Shown here piece by piece: positions 27,365 through 39,509 of a DNA stretch of 64,000 nt. The stretch is from an uncultured virus (IMG/VR IMGVR_UViG_3300021963_000089) (taxonomy: Duplodnaviria; Heunggongvirae; Uroviricota; Caudoviricetes): the IMG/VR virus record IMGVR_UViG_3300021963_000089; one strand, written 5' to 3'. The number at the start of each line of letters is the position of its first letter. The first letter of the stretch is position 1. The position numbers and the translations under genes are program-made. The notes beneath the pieces were generated by a model. That model was not told the DNA's origin. It was given only the letters and a program-made list of their open reading frames with translations, and made no database searches.

Positions 27365-29230
27365 ATGCACACATTTATTTATCCGTCTCAAGACACCTAC
27401 ATCAATAACGCCAAAGTTTACAAAAACAAAAACTTTGGTATAGACGAAATTTTGGAGGTGTATGCTAGCAACGATGGTAACAAGTTGGTATACACAGATC
27501 CAATTTGGAGAACTCCTCCACAAAACAGTTCGTCATATGGTAACGAAGGTTGGTTGGCATACACAACATCTAGTTTCTATGTTTACTCTGGAAGTCTTTG
27601 GAGAGAATACCCACTCGCAACATCTGTGGTCGAATCTGCGATTGCAATTGCTTCGTTCAACGGTGTATTCTCAAATATAAACGTTAGTCCATTTGTTTCA
27701 CTATATGTGTCTGGTTCATCGGATTTTGCTTCTGGTTCGTTTAGTGGTAGCTATAACTTCTTGAGCAATGTAACCGTGAATGGTCAAATTTCAACGGGAA
27801 GTTTCAGTGGAACTGTTTACAGTGGATCGTCATTTACAAACCTAGATGTCAATGGTGTAACCTACACAACTTCACCACTAACACAGTCATTAATTGGTAG
27901 TGGTAGTATTGGTGGATTCTCAGGAAAACTATTTGGAACATCTTGCACTGGACCTGGACCACTTTGCATTCAAAATGGAACATTCGATGGTAGTGTAACT
28001 GGTTCTCAATTTGTTGGAATTATATCTACTGAAACGTCTAGCACCAGTTACTATTTGGATGTTGAAAATTTCCAAGGATATTTCCGTGGTTATTACAGTG
28101 GTTCTATAACTCCTCCAACATCTGTATACTATTTGTTGAGACCTGAGTTTTCAAGAACTGTGGTTCAGTTTGACATTACCAACATCAGTGCTTCTATAGC
28201 AAACAATGAGTTGTCTAGTTCAAACATAAAGTTCACTTTGAATTTGACTGCTTGTGGACAAAGAAATCTACCACTCAACTACACAATTTATGCTTACCCA
28301 GTAAGTCAAAGTTGGGACAATGGTAATGGTAGATGGGCGGATGGTGGAACCACAATGGGTGCAAGTTGGAATTTTAGAGATTACTCTGGAAGCAATGCTT
28401 GGTATGTGCCGTTTACTGGTTCTTACCAACAAATCGATTACTTGTTGACATCTTCTTATAAGACCGCCAGCTTTGAAAATGGTGGAGGAACTTGGTATTA
28501 TGATGTTCCGTCTACATATAGTGATGTAAACTTCTGGTTCTGTTCATCGTCTGCATTCCCATCATTGAGTGGTTCAAGTTTGATTTGCAGTCAATCATAT
28601 ACTCTCGGTCAACAAGGCGACATAACCATGGATGTCACCAACATAGTTCGTTCTTGGATTTGTGGATGTATTCCAAACAACGGAATCATACTGTTGTCTT
28701 CGTTGGAGTTGACTGTTCCACCGGTTGGTAAGACCAATGGATTGTTACAGTTCTTCAGTAAAGAAACCAATACAATCTATAGTCCATACATCGATGTTGC
28801 TTGGGATGATACTACATTCAATACGGGTAGTTTAGCACCTGTGACTGGTTCTATTGAGAACTTAATTACTCTACAACAGTTAAAAGACACGTATAAGGCT
28901 GGTAGTTTACCAAAAGTATTTGTGTTCGCAAGAGATCAATACCCTCTCAAGAACTTCCAAAAAGCATATCAACAACCTGTGATGGTAACACCTAAATACC
29001 TACCTACTTCATCATATTATCAAATAACTGATGCTGAGTCTGGTCAGGTTTTTGTAGACTTTGACGAATATTCTAAACTCAGCTGTGACCCTAACCAAGG
29101 AAATTATTTTAAGTTTGATACCACTGGATTGCCACAAGAAAGATATTTCAAGATATTTATAAAGGCGGAGTATCCAGATGGAACGGTGGACATTGTGGAC
29201 ACCGACAAGGTATTCCAAATTGTAAGATAA
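27365..29230 (+). CDS. Baseplate/tail structural protein
   Basis: DTYI...NFG...RTVVQFD...NNGII...FFSKE...SPYIDVAW pattern; SGS-rich insert. Confidence 0.6.
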   Translation: MHTFIYPSQDTYINNAKVYKNKNFGIDEILEVYASNDGNKLVYTDPIWRTPPQNSSSYGNEGWLAYTTSSFYVYSGSLWREYPLATSVVESAIAIASFNGVFSNINVSPFVSLYVSGSSDFASGSFSGSYNFLSNVTVNGQISTGSFSGTVYSGSSFTNLDVNGVTYTTSPLTQSLIGSGSIGGFSGKLFGTSCTGPGPLCIQNGTFDGSVTGSQFVGIISTETSSTSYYLDVENFQGYFRGYYSGSITPPTSVYYLLRPEFSRTVVQFDITNISASIANNELSSSNIKFTLNLTACGQRNLPLNYTIYAYPVSQSWDNGNGRWADGGTTMGASWNFRDYSGSNAWYVPFTGSYQQIDYLLTSSYKTASFENGGGTWYYDVPSTYSDVNFWFCSSSAFPSLSGSSLICSQSYTLGQQGDITMDVTNIVRSWICGCIPNNGIILLSSLELTVPPVGKTNGLLQFFSKETNTIYSPYIDVAWDDTTFNTGSLAPVTGSIENLITLQQLKDTYKAGSLPKVFVFARDQYPLKNFQKAYQQPVMVTPKYLPTSSYYQITDAESGQVFVDFDEYSKLSCDPNQGNYFKFDTTGLPQERYFKIFIKAEYPDGTVDIVDTDKVFQIVR

Positions 29231-29231
29231 T

Positions 29232-29708
29232 ATGGCTGATATAGTAGTAGAATATACAGTAGGTCTTAAACAGTTACAGACTTTTAAGGATCTTGGTCAG
29301 TTTCCGAACAACATTGATTCATTCGGAAACTTTCAACTCATTTATAATGATAATAAGACCGACGAAGGTAAGTTTTACTATACAGATATCACATTAAAAA
29401 CACTAGAATACAATCCAGACAAAGTTTTGGATACCAATTCGATTGGGTTTAATGAATTGCAAACTACTCAACAAGAGCAAGCACAAGATATCAATACTAT
29501 TTTACAACAATATAATGAAGCCATTGCCGAAAACAGAATTCTCAATGAGACTGTGAACTCTTTGGTTGAAAAGTATGAACTCAACGATGATAAACAAGTC
29601 ATAGCAGCAATGAAGACCGAAATTATCGATCTAAGAATCAAGTTGGGTCAAGGAAATGTTCCATCTGACTTCAGTGACGACTTTCCATTTTTACCATTAA
29701 CATCATAA
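29232..29708 (+). CDS. Hypothetical structural protein (coiled coil)
   Basis: 158 aa within the baseplate operon. Confidence 0.6.
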   Translation: MADIVVEYTVGLKQLQTFKDLGQFPNNIDSFGNFQLIYNDNKTDEGKFYYTDITLKTLEYNPDKVLDTNSIGFNELQTTQQEQAQDINTILQQYNEAIAENRILNETVNSLVEKYELNDDKQVIAAMKTEIIDLRIKLGQGNVPSDFSDDFPFLPLTS

Positions 29709-29709
29709 T

Positions 29710-32700
29710 ATGCCATATAGTTATCTAAATTTTGATGAGACGACGTTAAACACTGGAATAGCTAGTGGTTCATATTTTACCCCAGATCTACAAGAACTGT
29801 ATGAACAAAAGTATCTGGACCGTGAACGTTTCTTTGGAACGTCAGACAGTGACATCATTGAATTCAGTCTTTACAACAGTTCTCAAGAAAGTATTGCTTT
29901 CAATAGAGTTGTTCCAACCGTGTCTTATTCGGTGGTCCAAGGTTCTTATCGTGATATCAACAACAAGTTGACATATTACAACTTTGCGCAACCTTTTACA
30001 AACTACGCAAAGTTCAATAATGACATCTTGATTGATACCCAAGACGTTCTTAGACAGACACAAGTTGCGCCTGGTTTGTATTATGTTCTCTACAACTTTG
30101 TTAGAAACGTTGCTGGTAACAACCAAAACAGACTTGTAATCAAGGAAATTTCTCCAAGTAGAACTGAATTGCGTTTATCGTTTGCATTCAATACCACATT
30201 GACCCCACAGAATGCACTGGATGCTATAAAGGTGTCAGCATTTGCTGATAAGAAGTATTTGTTCCTACAGATATCTTCGTTCATCAACCAAATTGTTGAC
30301 AACAATCCAATCTCAGAGACGTTTGTTCGCAATTCTGTCAACTACAATTACAATGCAATTGCTCAAAGTTTGGGTCTTCAAAATGCGGCTGAACTTCAAG
30401 AGTTTATTATTCAGACCTATGTTGGTTTTGATAAAGTAATTACACTTTCGGCTAACGATGAGTCGATTCAACAAGCTTCAAAGTTCATTGGTATTGATGA
30501 CCAAATCAAGAACTTTACATACACATACAATTCAACCGAGTTTAGTGCTGACGAAATCTTGTTGGCATTCAAGACGATTGTAACCAAAGTTTCTCAAGAT
30601 AGAATTCTACAAAAGACATCGATCAACCAAATACAATTGCAGGGTATATTGGACTTGTTTGTCAAGATTATCTACACCGACTGGTTGGAAACTCAAACAA
30701 CTTTGCTTTTGACCGAGTATGCTAACAAGTATTTTGGTCTATACAAAAATGCATTGAATTTTGACAATGGTAATTTGGTTCAAATTTTGACTCACACAAA
30801 TTACTTCAACCCAATTGATGGTCGTGTAAATGTTCAAGTCAAGTTGTCTGATCCGTTGCCTTTGGAATATGATATCAGAACCACATGTTGGATTTCTAAT
30901 ATTTCAATTGCTCCTATTTACTTCAAGGTAAATCTATTTGCGGAGGCTGTAAAACGCAACGTATCTCTAAACGGTGTTAATTTTACGGTTAACGTAGATA
31001 CTGCTGACCCTATCAATCAAAAGTATTCTGACCACGATGTAAATACACTATTTGAAGCACAGTCAAGACTAAAACAAAGAATCAATGATTTGTTGATTGA
31101 TTATGATAACTTTGCAAACTTCATAGTTTACTCATCAGCTGAACTCAGAACCAAGATTGCCAAGAACAAGATTTCTGATTACAACAAGTTAGAAACTCAG
31201 AAGGTTCAAGTTCATACAGCAGCTAGTTCTTCAGCATTGACTATACGTGCTACATATGAAACAGATATAGATCGTATTACTCAATCTCAAATTGACATAC
31301 TAAACTCTCTTGATGAGTATGAGTCATATTTGTTCTTCAATACTTCTAGCATCGATGATAAGATTGAAGATGGTATTTCATATGACCAAAACAATGTAGA
31401 CAGTTTACTAAATCAACTACCAGAATATATTCGTGAAGACAGTCAGTCTGTTGATTATTTGAAGTTCACTTCGATGGTGGGTCATTTCTTTGATAACATT
31501 TTGGTCTACATCAAAAAGTTTCCAAAGACATATCCTCTCGGAGTATCTGAACTCAGTGATTATCCAAAGAACTTCTTGGATGAGTTATTGAATTCGTTCA
31601 GCTGGAATACAAACAACTTCAAGTTTCAAAACAGTGGTATTTCTCAATACTTGTTCGATAACACTGAGATATCTAGTTCACTATCAAGTTCTTATTTTGA
31701 CTACGGTAAGAAGATCTTAAATAGATTTGCTAACAACCTTCCTTATATCTACAAGACAAAAGGAACTTCAACATCATTGGATTTGATCAGATCATTGTTT
31801 GGTATACCTTCTGAGTTGATTCAACTTCGTGAATATGGAAGCACAGATGTAAATGTAAATCGTCAAAATTATTATGACTTTGAAGATATCATTTATTTGA
31901 CCAGAATCAAAGATGGTAGATACATAAAGTTTGATTATACAGACCCAGAATATGTTTCTGTGGTAGGTGATCCTTTATATTACAGTGGATCTCAGGCAAA
32001 CACATATACATCTTCAAGATCACAAACAGAAGAGTTTCGTGGATATGATACTTTTGAAGCTTCGTTTAGATTCAAATCAAAAGACTACAATTTCAACGAT
32101 AAGATTCCTATTGTAAGAAAGATCAGAAACAACAAAATTGACTGGGAAGTTTATATAAGAAAGACACAACAAGCTGAGTCCGGTGTGTTGATTTATGATC
32201 TACATCCAACTGAATCGAATACCACATCAAGTATCAAGTTGGATGAACTGCCATATTTGAATGGCAACATATTCACACTCATGATATCCCGTGATATTAA
32301 AGCTGATTATGAATATGATAGTATCACACCAGAACAAAACACGGACACAAACACTTATGGTAGTATTACCGTGTTTACATCATCACTCACATCATCAGCA
32401 GCTGAAAAGTATGTTCCCAACACATATACATTCGCAGTCAATCAGTATGATGGTTCGTTGAAGAATTTCAGTAGTATAAAGACCAAGGTAATTAACTACA
32501 ATCAAAACAATTATTTCTCAAGTGGTAGCTATTATGTTGGTAATTACAATACCACATACAACAACAATATTGAGTTTGATGGAAACATCGATAAGATAAA
32601 GGTTTTCCGTGATCCATTGAGTTTGTCTGACTTTGATGAACATAGTTACAATCTCGATTCTATATCAATTCCAGACAAGGCAGCATTGTATTACAATTTG

Positions 32701-34221
32701 ATTTACTTGTGGAGTTTTGATACTCCAATGCAATTATGGGCAGCAAGTTCGTCAATAAACACACCAGTCAGTTCATCTGTGAGTGCCTCTTTGGTTATTT
32801 CTTCAACACAAGTTGGTATACCAAATAGAAACACTTACTATGACACTTGGTTTACCGCTTCAAACTTTACGGGAGAATCTGTAACTCAACCATATCCATC
32901 ATGTGCTCCAGCGTATGTGTCGGAGTTTCCATATCAATTTGACAAGGTTGTTGTAAATCAAGCAATCAATTCAAATCGTTTTGGTCCAAACTATAAGAAC
33001 AATGTGAAGATAAACAAGATTGATGAATTTGCTACATCAAATCTTGTTCCTTATGACTATTCTACAAAGACCAATGACATCGTAGGTAGTGACAGTAACG
33101 TTGTAGGATTCTATATCAGTCCATACACATACTTGGAATCCAATATGGAAAACTTTTTGGGTAAAGAAGGTATCACTGATATTATTGGTGATCCAAAATA
33201 CCTAACCAGTCAAAATTATCCAGAGTTGGACTTGAGATTGAGGGAATTTGCTTCACTTCCATCGTCAAGTATTAAGTATATTTACCCTCAAGAGTTCTAC
33301 ACAACCTACAAGTTGTATATTGACTTTTCAATTTTTGATTATGTCAAGAATGTGGTTCCAAACCGTGCTTCAATAAAAACAGGTTTGTTGATTGAACCAT
33401 CTATTCTTGAAAGAAAGAAGTTCAATTACAAGGACATCTCATACAATGTAAGTGGATTGTATACGTCTAGTATTTATTTTAACAATGCTGCTGAATTGAC
33501 TCCTATATTCACAACCGGCAGTCCTATGAATATTACGGTCGAGTCAATTACAACGTATGATACAGATAGAAATCAATATAACTATCAACGTTTAGAAATC
33601 CCTCCGTCAATTGATAGTCGAGATTTCATCTACGCAAAGTATGGAAAGTATATCAATGTCGATTCTAATGGTTATCACGTTAGAAACACATATAATGTTC
33701 CAGGCAATGAGTATTATCAAATGGTAAATGATAATGGTAACATAGTGACATTCACTTCTAGTTTCAATACAGTAGAAGTAATTGGATCGGGATCTGTAAC
33801 TGGGTCGTCTGTATTTACCAATGTTTATAGAGGTGAAGGAAACACTGGATATTCTCCAAGACACTTGAGTAAGGTTATGATGCCTGGTTCTCGCCAAAAG
33901 TATATTGCGGTGAGTGGATCTAATTTTAGTCTAAACAATGGTGTTAAGGTGTTTGCTCCAGCACAGTTGACATATTATACTTACATTAAGGGTAAGAATG
34001 ATTCTACCACAACTGTGAACCGTAAAGGACTTCCAAATGGATCTAGTCCAGTCACTACAATACCTGGCTATTTGAGTCTCAATATCAGTAGTAGTGATTT
34101 CCCAGTATATGGCACCACAACGGGGTCTGCTGGAGATCCAAACAATCTATTTGTTCAGTTACCATTGACAGCTTCTATGGAAACTAGTGCAAGTTTGGAC
34201 AAATACATCATGAATTTATAA
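29710..34221 (+). CDS. Large baseplate wedge protein (gp7-like)
   Basis: LPEYIRED...MVGHFFD...NNLPYIYKTKGT...VPNRA motifs of gp7/P2 gpI-type wedge proteins. Confidence 0.65.
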   Translation: MPYSYLNFDETTLNTGIASGSYFTPDLQELYEQKYLDRERFFGTSDSDIIEFSLYNSSQESIAFNRVVPTVSYSVVQGSYRDINNKLTYYNFAQPFTNYAKFNNDILIDTQDVLRQTQVAPGLYYVLYNFVRNVAGNNQNRLVIKEISPSRTELRLSFAFNTTLTPQNALDAIKVSAFADKKYLFLQISSFINQIVDNNPISETFVRNSVNYNYNAIAQSLGLQNAAELQEFIIQTYVGFDKVITLSANDESIQQASKFIGIDDQIKNFTYTYNSTEFSADEILLAFKTIVTKVSQDRILQKTSINQIQLQGILDLFVKIIYTDWLETQTTLLLTEYANKYFGLYKNALNFDNGNLVQILTHTNYFNPIDGRVNVQVKLSDPLPLEYDIRTTCWISNISIAPIYFKVNLFAEAVKRNVSLNGVNFTVNVDTADPINQKYSDHDVNTLFEAQSRLKQRINDLLIDYDNFANFIVYSSAELRTKIAKNKISDYNKLETQKVQVHTAASSSALTIRATYETDIDRITQSQIDILNSLDEYESYLFFNTSSIDDKIEDGISYDQNNVDSLLNQLPEYIREDSQSVDYLKFTSMVGHFFDNILVYIKKFPKTYPLGVSELSDYPKNFLDELLNSFSWNTNNFKFQNSGISQYLFDNTEISSSLSSSYFDYGKKILNRFANNLPYIYKTKGTSTSLDLIRSLFGIPSELIQLREYGSTDVNVNRQNYYDFEDIIYLTRIKDGRYIKFDYTDPEYVSVVGDPLYYSGSQANTYTSSRSQTEEFRGYDTFEASFRFKSKDYNFNDKIPIVRKIRNNKIDWEVYIRKTQQAESGVLIYDLHPTESNTTSSIKLDELPYLNGNIFTLMISRDIKADYEYDSITPEQNTDTNTYGSITVFTSSLTSSAAEKYVPNTYTFAVNQYDGSLKNFSSIKTKVINYNQNNYFSSGSYYVGNYNTTYNNNIEFDGNIDKIKVFRDPLSLSDFDEHSYNLDSISIPDKAALYYNLIYLWSFDTPMQLWAASSSINTPVSSSVSASLVISSTQVGIPNRNTYYDTWFTASNFTGESVTQPYPSCAPAYVSEFPYQFDKVVVNQAINSNRFGPNYKNNVKINKIDEFATSNLVPYDYSTKTNDIVGSDSNVVGFYISPYTYLESNMENFLGKEGITDIIGDPKYLTSQNYPELDLRLREFASLPSSSIKYIYPQEFYTTYKLYIDFSIFDYVKNVVPNRASIKTGLLIEPSILERKKFNYKDISYNVSGLYTSSIYFNNAAELTPIFTTGSPMNITVESITTYDTDRNQYNYQRLEIPPSIDSRDFIYAKYGKYINVDSNGYHVRNTYNVPGNEYYQMVNDNGNIVTFTSSFNTVEVIGSGSVTGSSVFTNVYRGEGNTGYSPRHLSKVMMPGSRQKYIAVSGSNFSLNNGVKVFAPAQLTYYTYIKGKNDSTTTVNRKGLPNGSSPVTTIPGYLSLNISSSDFPVYGTTTGSAGDPNNLFVQLPLTASMETSASLDKYIMNL

Positions 34222-34267
34222 TATCAATTTTGATGTAAAACATAAAATCCTTGATAATTATTTATAT

Positions 34268-34909
34268 ATGGCATACTTAGACAACAATGTGATCACGATT
34301 AACGCGGTCTTGACCAAGAAAGGTCGTGAAATCCTAGCGAAAACTGGTGGATTAAACATTACAGCATTTGCTCTCGCAGATGACGAAATCGACTACACAC
34401 AGTTTAACCCAGATCATCCGATGGGAAGTGCTTATTACGATATCGCAATTCGTAATACTCCAGTAATGGAACCCATCACCGATGAATCACAGTTGATGAA
34501 GTATAAGTTGGTGACACTCAATCAAGGTGTTACTGCCGTTCCTACGATCAGCGTGGCACAATCGGTAATTACGGTAGATAGAGACTATACTGGTGATATC
34601 AGTATCAGCCCAAGCACAAACCCAACTTACAACGTCACTCTTGGATATACCGCAATTTTGGCAAACAAGAATGTCGGAACATTGATCGTAACAGAAACCA
34701 ACAGTCTAAACTCAACCACTGCAACAGTTCCTTCTTTCTCCGGCGATTTGGCATCTCAGACATCTCAAGTGGTAGTAGGAAACAAGTTTAGATTTGTTCC
34801 AAATGCTTCTTTGTCCAAGACAACCACCACAAATATCACTATCATAGGTAATGAGAGTGGCGGAAATACGTCGATTACTGTTACTGTTAAAGTCCCAACA
34901 ACAACATAA
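34268..34909 (+). CDS. Baseplate/fibre-attachment structural protein
   Basis: AVLTKKGREILA...FALADDEIDY. Confidence 0.6.
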   Translation: MAYLDNNVITINAVLTKKGREILAKTGGLNITAFALADDEIDYTQFNPDHPMGSAYYDIAIRNTPVMEPITDESQLMKYKLVTLNQGVTAVPTISVAQSVITVDRDYTGDISISPSTNPTYNVTLGYTAILANKNVGTLIVTETNSLNSTTATVPSFSGDLASQTSQVVVGNKFRFVPNASLSKTTTTNITIIGNESGGNTSITVTVKVPTTT

Positions 34910-34917
34910 ACTGAATT

Positions 34918-36021
34918 ATGATATTTAGTCAATTTACAAGTGATGACATCGTAGCGGGTAGAATAAACCAAGTATCTTCTGGATTATTCGGAACAGGTAG
35001 TTTGTATGTAACTCAATCCAGATTTACTACATCTTCTACACAAGCAAATAATCTTACTGGATCATCACCATTTGATGTTAAGAACGGACAATATTACTTG
35101 AATGTTTTATTGGATGGCGAAACTTATTTTGCTATTGCTTACGGTGACTATGAAACCAGTGGTAGTTCCGTGTTTAACGGATCATCTTCGATAAACGTGT
35201 TGACTCACGAAACCAAGGTAATTTATTCTCAATACAAGAACACATTGTTGCAACCAGGTGACCAATTGTTCTCGTTTGCTTCTGGTAGTGTAACAACACC
35301 AGTTGACAGTGAAAATATCTTTGTCATGAATTTTTCTTCAGACAAGATCAAGGATCAATTGGACCCAGGTCAAATCCAAATCAACTTGTCGGGATCTAGT
35401 GGATCTTTCTCATATATTGACGATTCACAAGTTATCAATAAACAACAAAATGTATACAATTTGATTTCTGGTTCTGTTATTCAGGGTGTGGCTACTCCAT
35501 ATCTTAAGAATGGAAGTCCAGTATATGCTGGTATCGGTTTGTTTTATCCGTCGAATGGCATCGTGGTTTTTAATACTACCAAGACAAATGCTCAAGTTGG
35601 ATTTACACACGGAACTTATATCAATCAACGATTGTCAAATTTGAGTAGTTATATTGGTGCAAATTCTGTTCAAGCAATAGCTCGTTTGTGGCAACGTGAC
35701 TTTTTTAATGCTATCAAACGTAGTGATAAAACCATGGCAGCACGTAAGAGTGAGTTTGTTCCATCAACAAATTACTTCGTTCGTGTAAAGAATAAAGAGT
35801 TCAACTACAGTAACAATCCTACTTTTGTGTCGGATGGAACTGACGGTCTCACAAAGGGAACAATTATTTATCAAGATTTGATCAATAACCCTAGAACCTA
35901 CATTACTAGTGTGGGTTTATACAACTCTAACAACGAATTGTTAGCTATTGGTAAGATCAGCAGACCAGTTCAGAAGAGTTTTGATAGCGAACTACTCATA
36001 AAAGTCCGTATCGATTTCTAA
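34918..36021 (+). CDS. Baseplate/fibre-attachment structural protein
   Basis: EFNYSNNPTF...YITSVGLYNSNNELLAIGK C-terminus. Confidence 0.6.
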   Translation: MIFSQFTSDDIVAGRINQVSSGLFGTGSLYVTQSRFTTSSTQANNLTGSSPFDVKNGQYYLNVLLDGETYFAIAYGDYETSGSSVFNGSSSINVLTHETKVIYSQYKNTLLQPGDQLFSFASGSVTTPVDSENIFVMNFSSDKIKDQLDPGQIQINLSGSSGSFSYIDDSQVINKQQNVYNLISGSVIQGVATPYLKNGSPVYAGIGLFYPSNGIVVFNTTKTNAQVGFTHGTYINQRLSNLSSYIGANSVQAIARLWQRDFFNAIKRSDKTMAARKSEFVPSTNYFVRVKNKEFNYSNNPTFVSDGTDGLTKGTIIYQDLINNPRTYITSVGLYNSNNELLAIGKISRPVQKSFDSELLIKVRIDF

Positions 36022-36042
36022 TACAATCCTATTTATATTAGG

Positions 36043-37668
36043 ATGATCAAGTTTTTTAGAAATCAAGACATCATACTAACTCCGTTCACTCTTGCCAAAC
36101 CACAAGAGTTGAACAGTGTGTTTAATGACATAATCATAGCAAACGAGGGTGACGAAACATTTCCATTGATCATTCCGATAGTAGCATGCGATGATAATCT
36201 GTCGGGAAGTTGCACACAAAAAAGTGTTGATGGTTTCTTGGGAACAACTCAATTTGAAGATCCTATAAACCTTCAAATTGGTATATACGTTCCTTCCAGT
36301 TCGGTATTTTATCCAAGTGGTAGTGCTGATTATAATCCTGCTACAAATCCACAAAACTTGGACGGAACATATCAACGTCAAGTGTATAATACCATCAAAA
36401 AGATGTATTATAACAACTACAACAATGCTTACAACATTTTTGGCATCGATGGTTATGACAATTCATTGATGACCAGTAGTTTGACCAACGATATTTCTGT
36501 TTTCAATCTAACCATCAATCAAACGGGTGACAAAATTAGACCAACTACCTTGGTGATAAACAATCAAAGTGGTGATATCGTTGCGGATGTTATAGATGAT
36601 GGAAATTACAATTTGATATTGTCTGGTAGTTACTTTATCAACAAGTATCCATTACAAAGTGATTCAACAGATTTGACTGTTCCATTGAACATCTGTGGTT
36701 TGGGTGCATATTTGTCCGATCCATACAATACGGGTGAATGTTGTATTGCTCCAACACCAACTCCAACTCCGGCACCTACTGCGACCCCAACTCCAACGCC
36801 GACCGCAACAGCAACTCCAACGGCTACTCCAACCGTAACCCCTACACCTACGCCTGGTCCTACAGCAACACCAACGCCTACACCAACAGCAACTTCGACT
36901 CCAACGCCTACACCCACCGCCACAAACACACCAACACCAACACCAACACCTACTCCAGTTGGTCCAACGGCTACTCCAACCCCAACGGCAACATCAACTC
37001 CTACGCCTACTCCAACACCCGTTGTTCCTACTAATACGCCTACGCCTACACCTACGGCTACTGCTACACCTACCCCAACACCTACTCCAGTTGGACCTAC
37101 GGCAACTCCTACACCAACACCTACAGCTACTCCAATACCTACTGACACACCAACGCCGACACCTACTGCTACTGCTACGCCGACACCAACGCCTACTCCA
37201 TCTGAGGAATTTTATTATGCGGTCTTACGTTCACCGGGATCTTGTTCAAGTCAGCCTGAATGCACTGATCCCGCAACGTGTGATCCTTGTTGGGATGGGA
37301 CGGGGACTGCTCCATATTGTGACCCTGGTTATATCGCCGTTACGGTTGATATTAACCCATATAATTCGGGTGGGGCTATCATGGAAGTGGTTGGAACACC
37401 TGTATCCACCATGGCATGTGGCATAGTAGATTTACAGACTGTAGCAACTATTAGATTCAACTCAGCATTTAGAGCAATGTCAAATTCTAGTAACTGTGAA
37501 CGAATTACCAGAACGATGCCAACAAGGGATGATAACGATTGTTGCAACACCACCGAATACGTAGGTTCATGGCAAACTTATGATGACATCAATAGTGCAA
37601 TAAGTGTCGCAGAAAGTGCGGGTCTTGGATCAGGCACAATAGCAGATCCTTGGAGGATAGGCGCGTAA
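36043..37668 (+). CDS. Structural protein with mucin-like Pro/Thr repeat and Cys-rich C-terminal domain
   Basis: N-terminal half resembles the N-terminal half of 34918; about 150 aa of PTPTPTAT repeats. Confidence 0.75.
   Translation: MIKFFRNQDIILTPFTLAKPQELNSVFNDIIIANEGDETFPLIIPIVACDDNLSGSCTQKSVDGFLGTTQFEDPINLQIGIYVPSSSVFYPSGSADYNPATNPQNLDGTYQRQVYNTIKKMYYNNYNNAYNIFGIDGYDNSLMTSSLTNDISVFNLTINQTGDKIRPTTLVINNQSGDIVADVIDDGNYNLILSGSYFINKYPLQSDSTDLTVPLNICGLGAYLSDPYNTGECCIAPTPTPTPAPTATPTPTPTATATPTATPTVTPTPTPGPTATPTPTPTATSTPTPTPTATNTPTPTPTPTPVGPTATPTPTATSTPTPTPTPVVPTNTPTPTPTATATPTPTPTPVGPTATPTPTPTATPIPTDTPTPTPTATATPTPTPTPSEEFYYAVLRSPGSCSSQPECTDPATCDPCWDGTGTAPYCDPGYIAVTVDINPYNSGGAIMEVVGTPVSTMACGIVDLQTVATIRFNSAFRAMSNSSNCERITRTMPTRDDNDCCNTTEYVGSWQTYDDINSAISVAESAGLGSGTIADPWRIGA
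36748..37200 (+). repeat. Low-complexity coding repeat (Pro-Thr)n
   Basis: Synonymously diverged ccN-acN units. Confidence 0.9.
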
Positions 37669-37696
37669 CGTAACTTTAAAGTAGAAAGAAAAAATT

Positions 37697-39457
37697 ATGA
37701 TCGATAACTTATACTCTTATCTTTTATACAAGCCAAATTTGATATCATGGCTTTTAACCATATCAGATACCGATAAATTTCTTTCTACTACAGCTATCAA
37801 ACTGATTTCAGACTTGGAAAATGACATTCTGACAACATCTCCTGCGTATAACTTGTTGTTTAAAAAATACAAGTTCAAGGTGACACAACAAAGTGTAGGC
37901 AATGGACAATCTTTAGGATACGTGTTGTTTCAGTATAACGACATCAAGGATAGTTTCACGTTTGTAGGCGTGATCAAAAATCCAATAATATGTCCATGTA
38001 ACTCAGAAGATTTGCCTCCTACCGCTACACCTACGCCAACCCCTACACCTACGCCAACCCCTACGCCTACGCCAACAGCTACAGTCACTCCTACGCCAAC
38101 TGCTACAGCTACATCAACACCAACACCAACACCTACTCCTACATCAACTTCTACACCTACGCCAACACCTATTCCACCAACAGCAACACCAACACCTACA
38201 CCAACATCAACACCTACTGTAACCCCTACGCCTACTCCGGGACCAACAAACACTCCTACTCCTACTCCAACACCTACAGCTACTTCGACACCAACTCCAA
38301 CCCCTATCCCGCCAACAGCAACACCTACGCCAACGCCTATTCCACCGGCGCCTACAGCTACACCTACTCCTACTCCAACAAATACTCCTACTCCAACAGC
38401 AACTCCTACACCAACTCCAACCCCTACGCCCGATCCTAGTATTCAATTATTTATGGTAGGTGGAGGTGGTGCGGGTGGTGACAAAATAAACAGCGTCGTT
38501 GCTAGTGAACCAACAATGGGAGGTGGCGGATCAGGTGCTTATGTATTAACAAATACCTTTATACCTGTTGCTGGTGTAACATACAACTTTGTTGTTGGTA
38601 GTGGTGGCGACTTTACCGGTTCAGTAATGGCTAATAGAAATGGTCAAACCACTATGTTTGCTGACACATATTATGCCGGTGGTGGCGGTGGCGGCGCAAG
38701 TTATATCAACGGCGCAGCTGTTCCTGCGGGTAATGGCGTATATGGTGGTGGCGGCGGTGGTGGCGGTGTTGCACCCGATGGCACCCTCATAGCAGCGGGT
38801 AACGGAGACGGATCCGGCGGTTCTGGCGGCGTTGGAATTGAAAACGTTGACTATAGAGCTGGTGGTTCTGGTGGTGGATACAATTCTAATGGAGCCAGTG
38901 GACAACTTGTGAGTGGCACCACACCACAAGGTGGTAATGGAACCGCAGTTATGACTGTCGGCGAAGTTCCAACTTGGTTTGATATCGATGTTGACCCGTT
39001 TGTAGCGGATGCTATTGCAGGAAGCGGCGGAGGTAGTTCTTTAAGAAAGAATTTATCACTTAATTCCGCAATAAGGTCGTCAGCACCTGGCAGAGGTCAA
39101 GGTGGTGGTGACGGATCTGTTGGAAGAGGAATTGATGGTGGAATGCCTACAAACCAGGCGGCGGGTTATGGTGCTGGTAACGGTGGTGGCGGTGGCATGG
39201 GCCCTTATGTAAGTGGATTTGGTGGAGATGGATTTATCGCTTATAGATATCCATCTACTTGGTCTACTCCAGTTGTAACATATACAGGCAACGGATCCGC
39301 TAGTTACTTTAACTACACAATATTGCTTAGTGGAGCATATAGAATACTATACATAACCATCGCTAGTAGAAATAATGGTGTCGAAGTCAATGGTCGTGGA
39401 TGGAATGATGGCATGAAAACATATTCTGGAACTGTAAGGTGGGATACTGTGGCTTAA
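37697..39457 (+). CDS. Mucin-like Pro/Thr repeat protein with glycine-rich C-terminal domain
   Basis: About 140 aa of PT repeats, then MVGGGGAGG...GGGG domain typical of phage fibre-associated proteins. Confidence 0.75.
   Translation: MIDNLYSYLLYKPNLISWLLTISDTDKFLSTTAIKLISDLENDILTTSPAYNLLFKKYKFKVTQQSVGNGQSLGYVLFQYNDIKDSFTFVGVIKNPIICPCNSEDLPPTATPTPTPTPTPTPTPTPTATVTPTPTATATSTPTPTPTPTSTSTPTPTPIPPTATPTPTPTSTPTVTPTPTPGPTNTPTPTPTPTATSTPTPTPIPPTATPTPTPIPPAPTATPTPTPTNTPTPTATPTPTPTPTPDPSIQLFMVGGGGAGGDKINSVVASEPTMGGGGSGAYVLTNTFIPVAGVTYNFVVGSGGDFTGSVMANRNGQTTMFADTYYAGGGGGGASYINGAAVPAGNGVYGGGGGGGGVAPDGTLIAAGNGDGSGGSGGVGIENVDYRAGGSGGGYNSNGASGQLVSGTTPQGGNGTAVMTVGEVPTWFDIDVDPFVADAIAGSGGGSSLRKNLSLNSAIRSSAPGRGQGGGDGSVGRGIDGGMPTNQAAGYGAGNGGGGGMGPYVSGFGGDGFIAYRYPSTWSTPVVTYTGNGSASYFNYTILLSGAYRILYITIASRNNGVEVNGRGWNDGMKTYSGTVRWDTVA
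38015..38431 (+). repeat. Low-complexity coding repeat (Pro-Thr)n
   Basis: Synonymously diverged ccN-acN units. Confidence 0.9.
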
Positions 39458-39509
39458 TACCTGTCATTTTATAATAATGGTTTGAATTGTTATAATATCT
39501 ATATAAACA

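Noticed and set aside
36630..38446. Minus-strand (Val-Gly)n ORFs
   Set aside because: They are antisense shadows of the Pro-Thr repeats.
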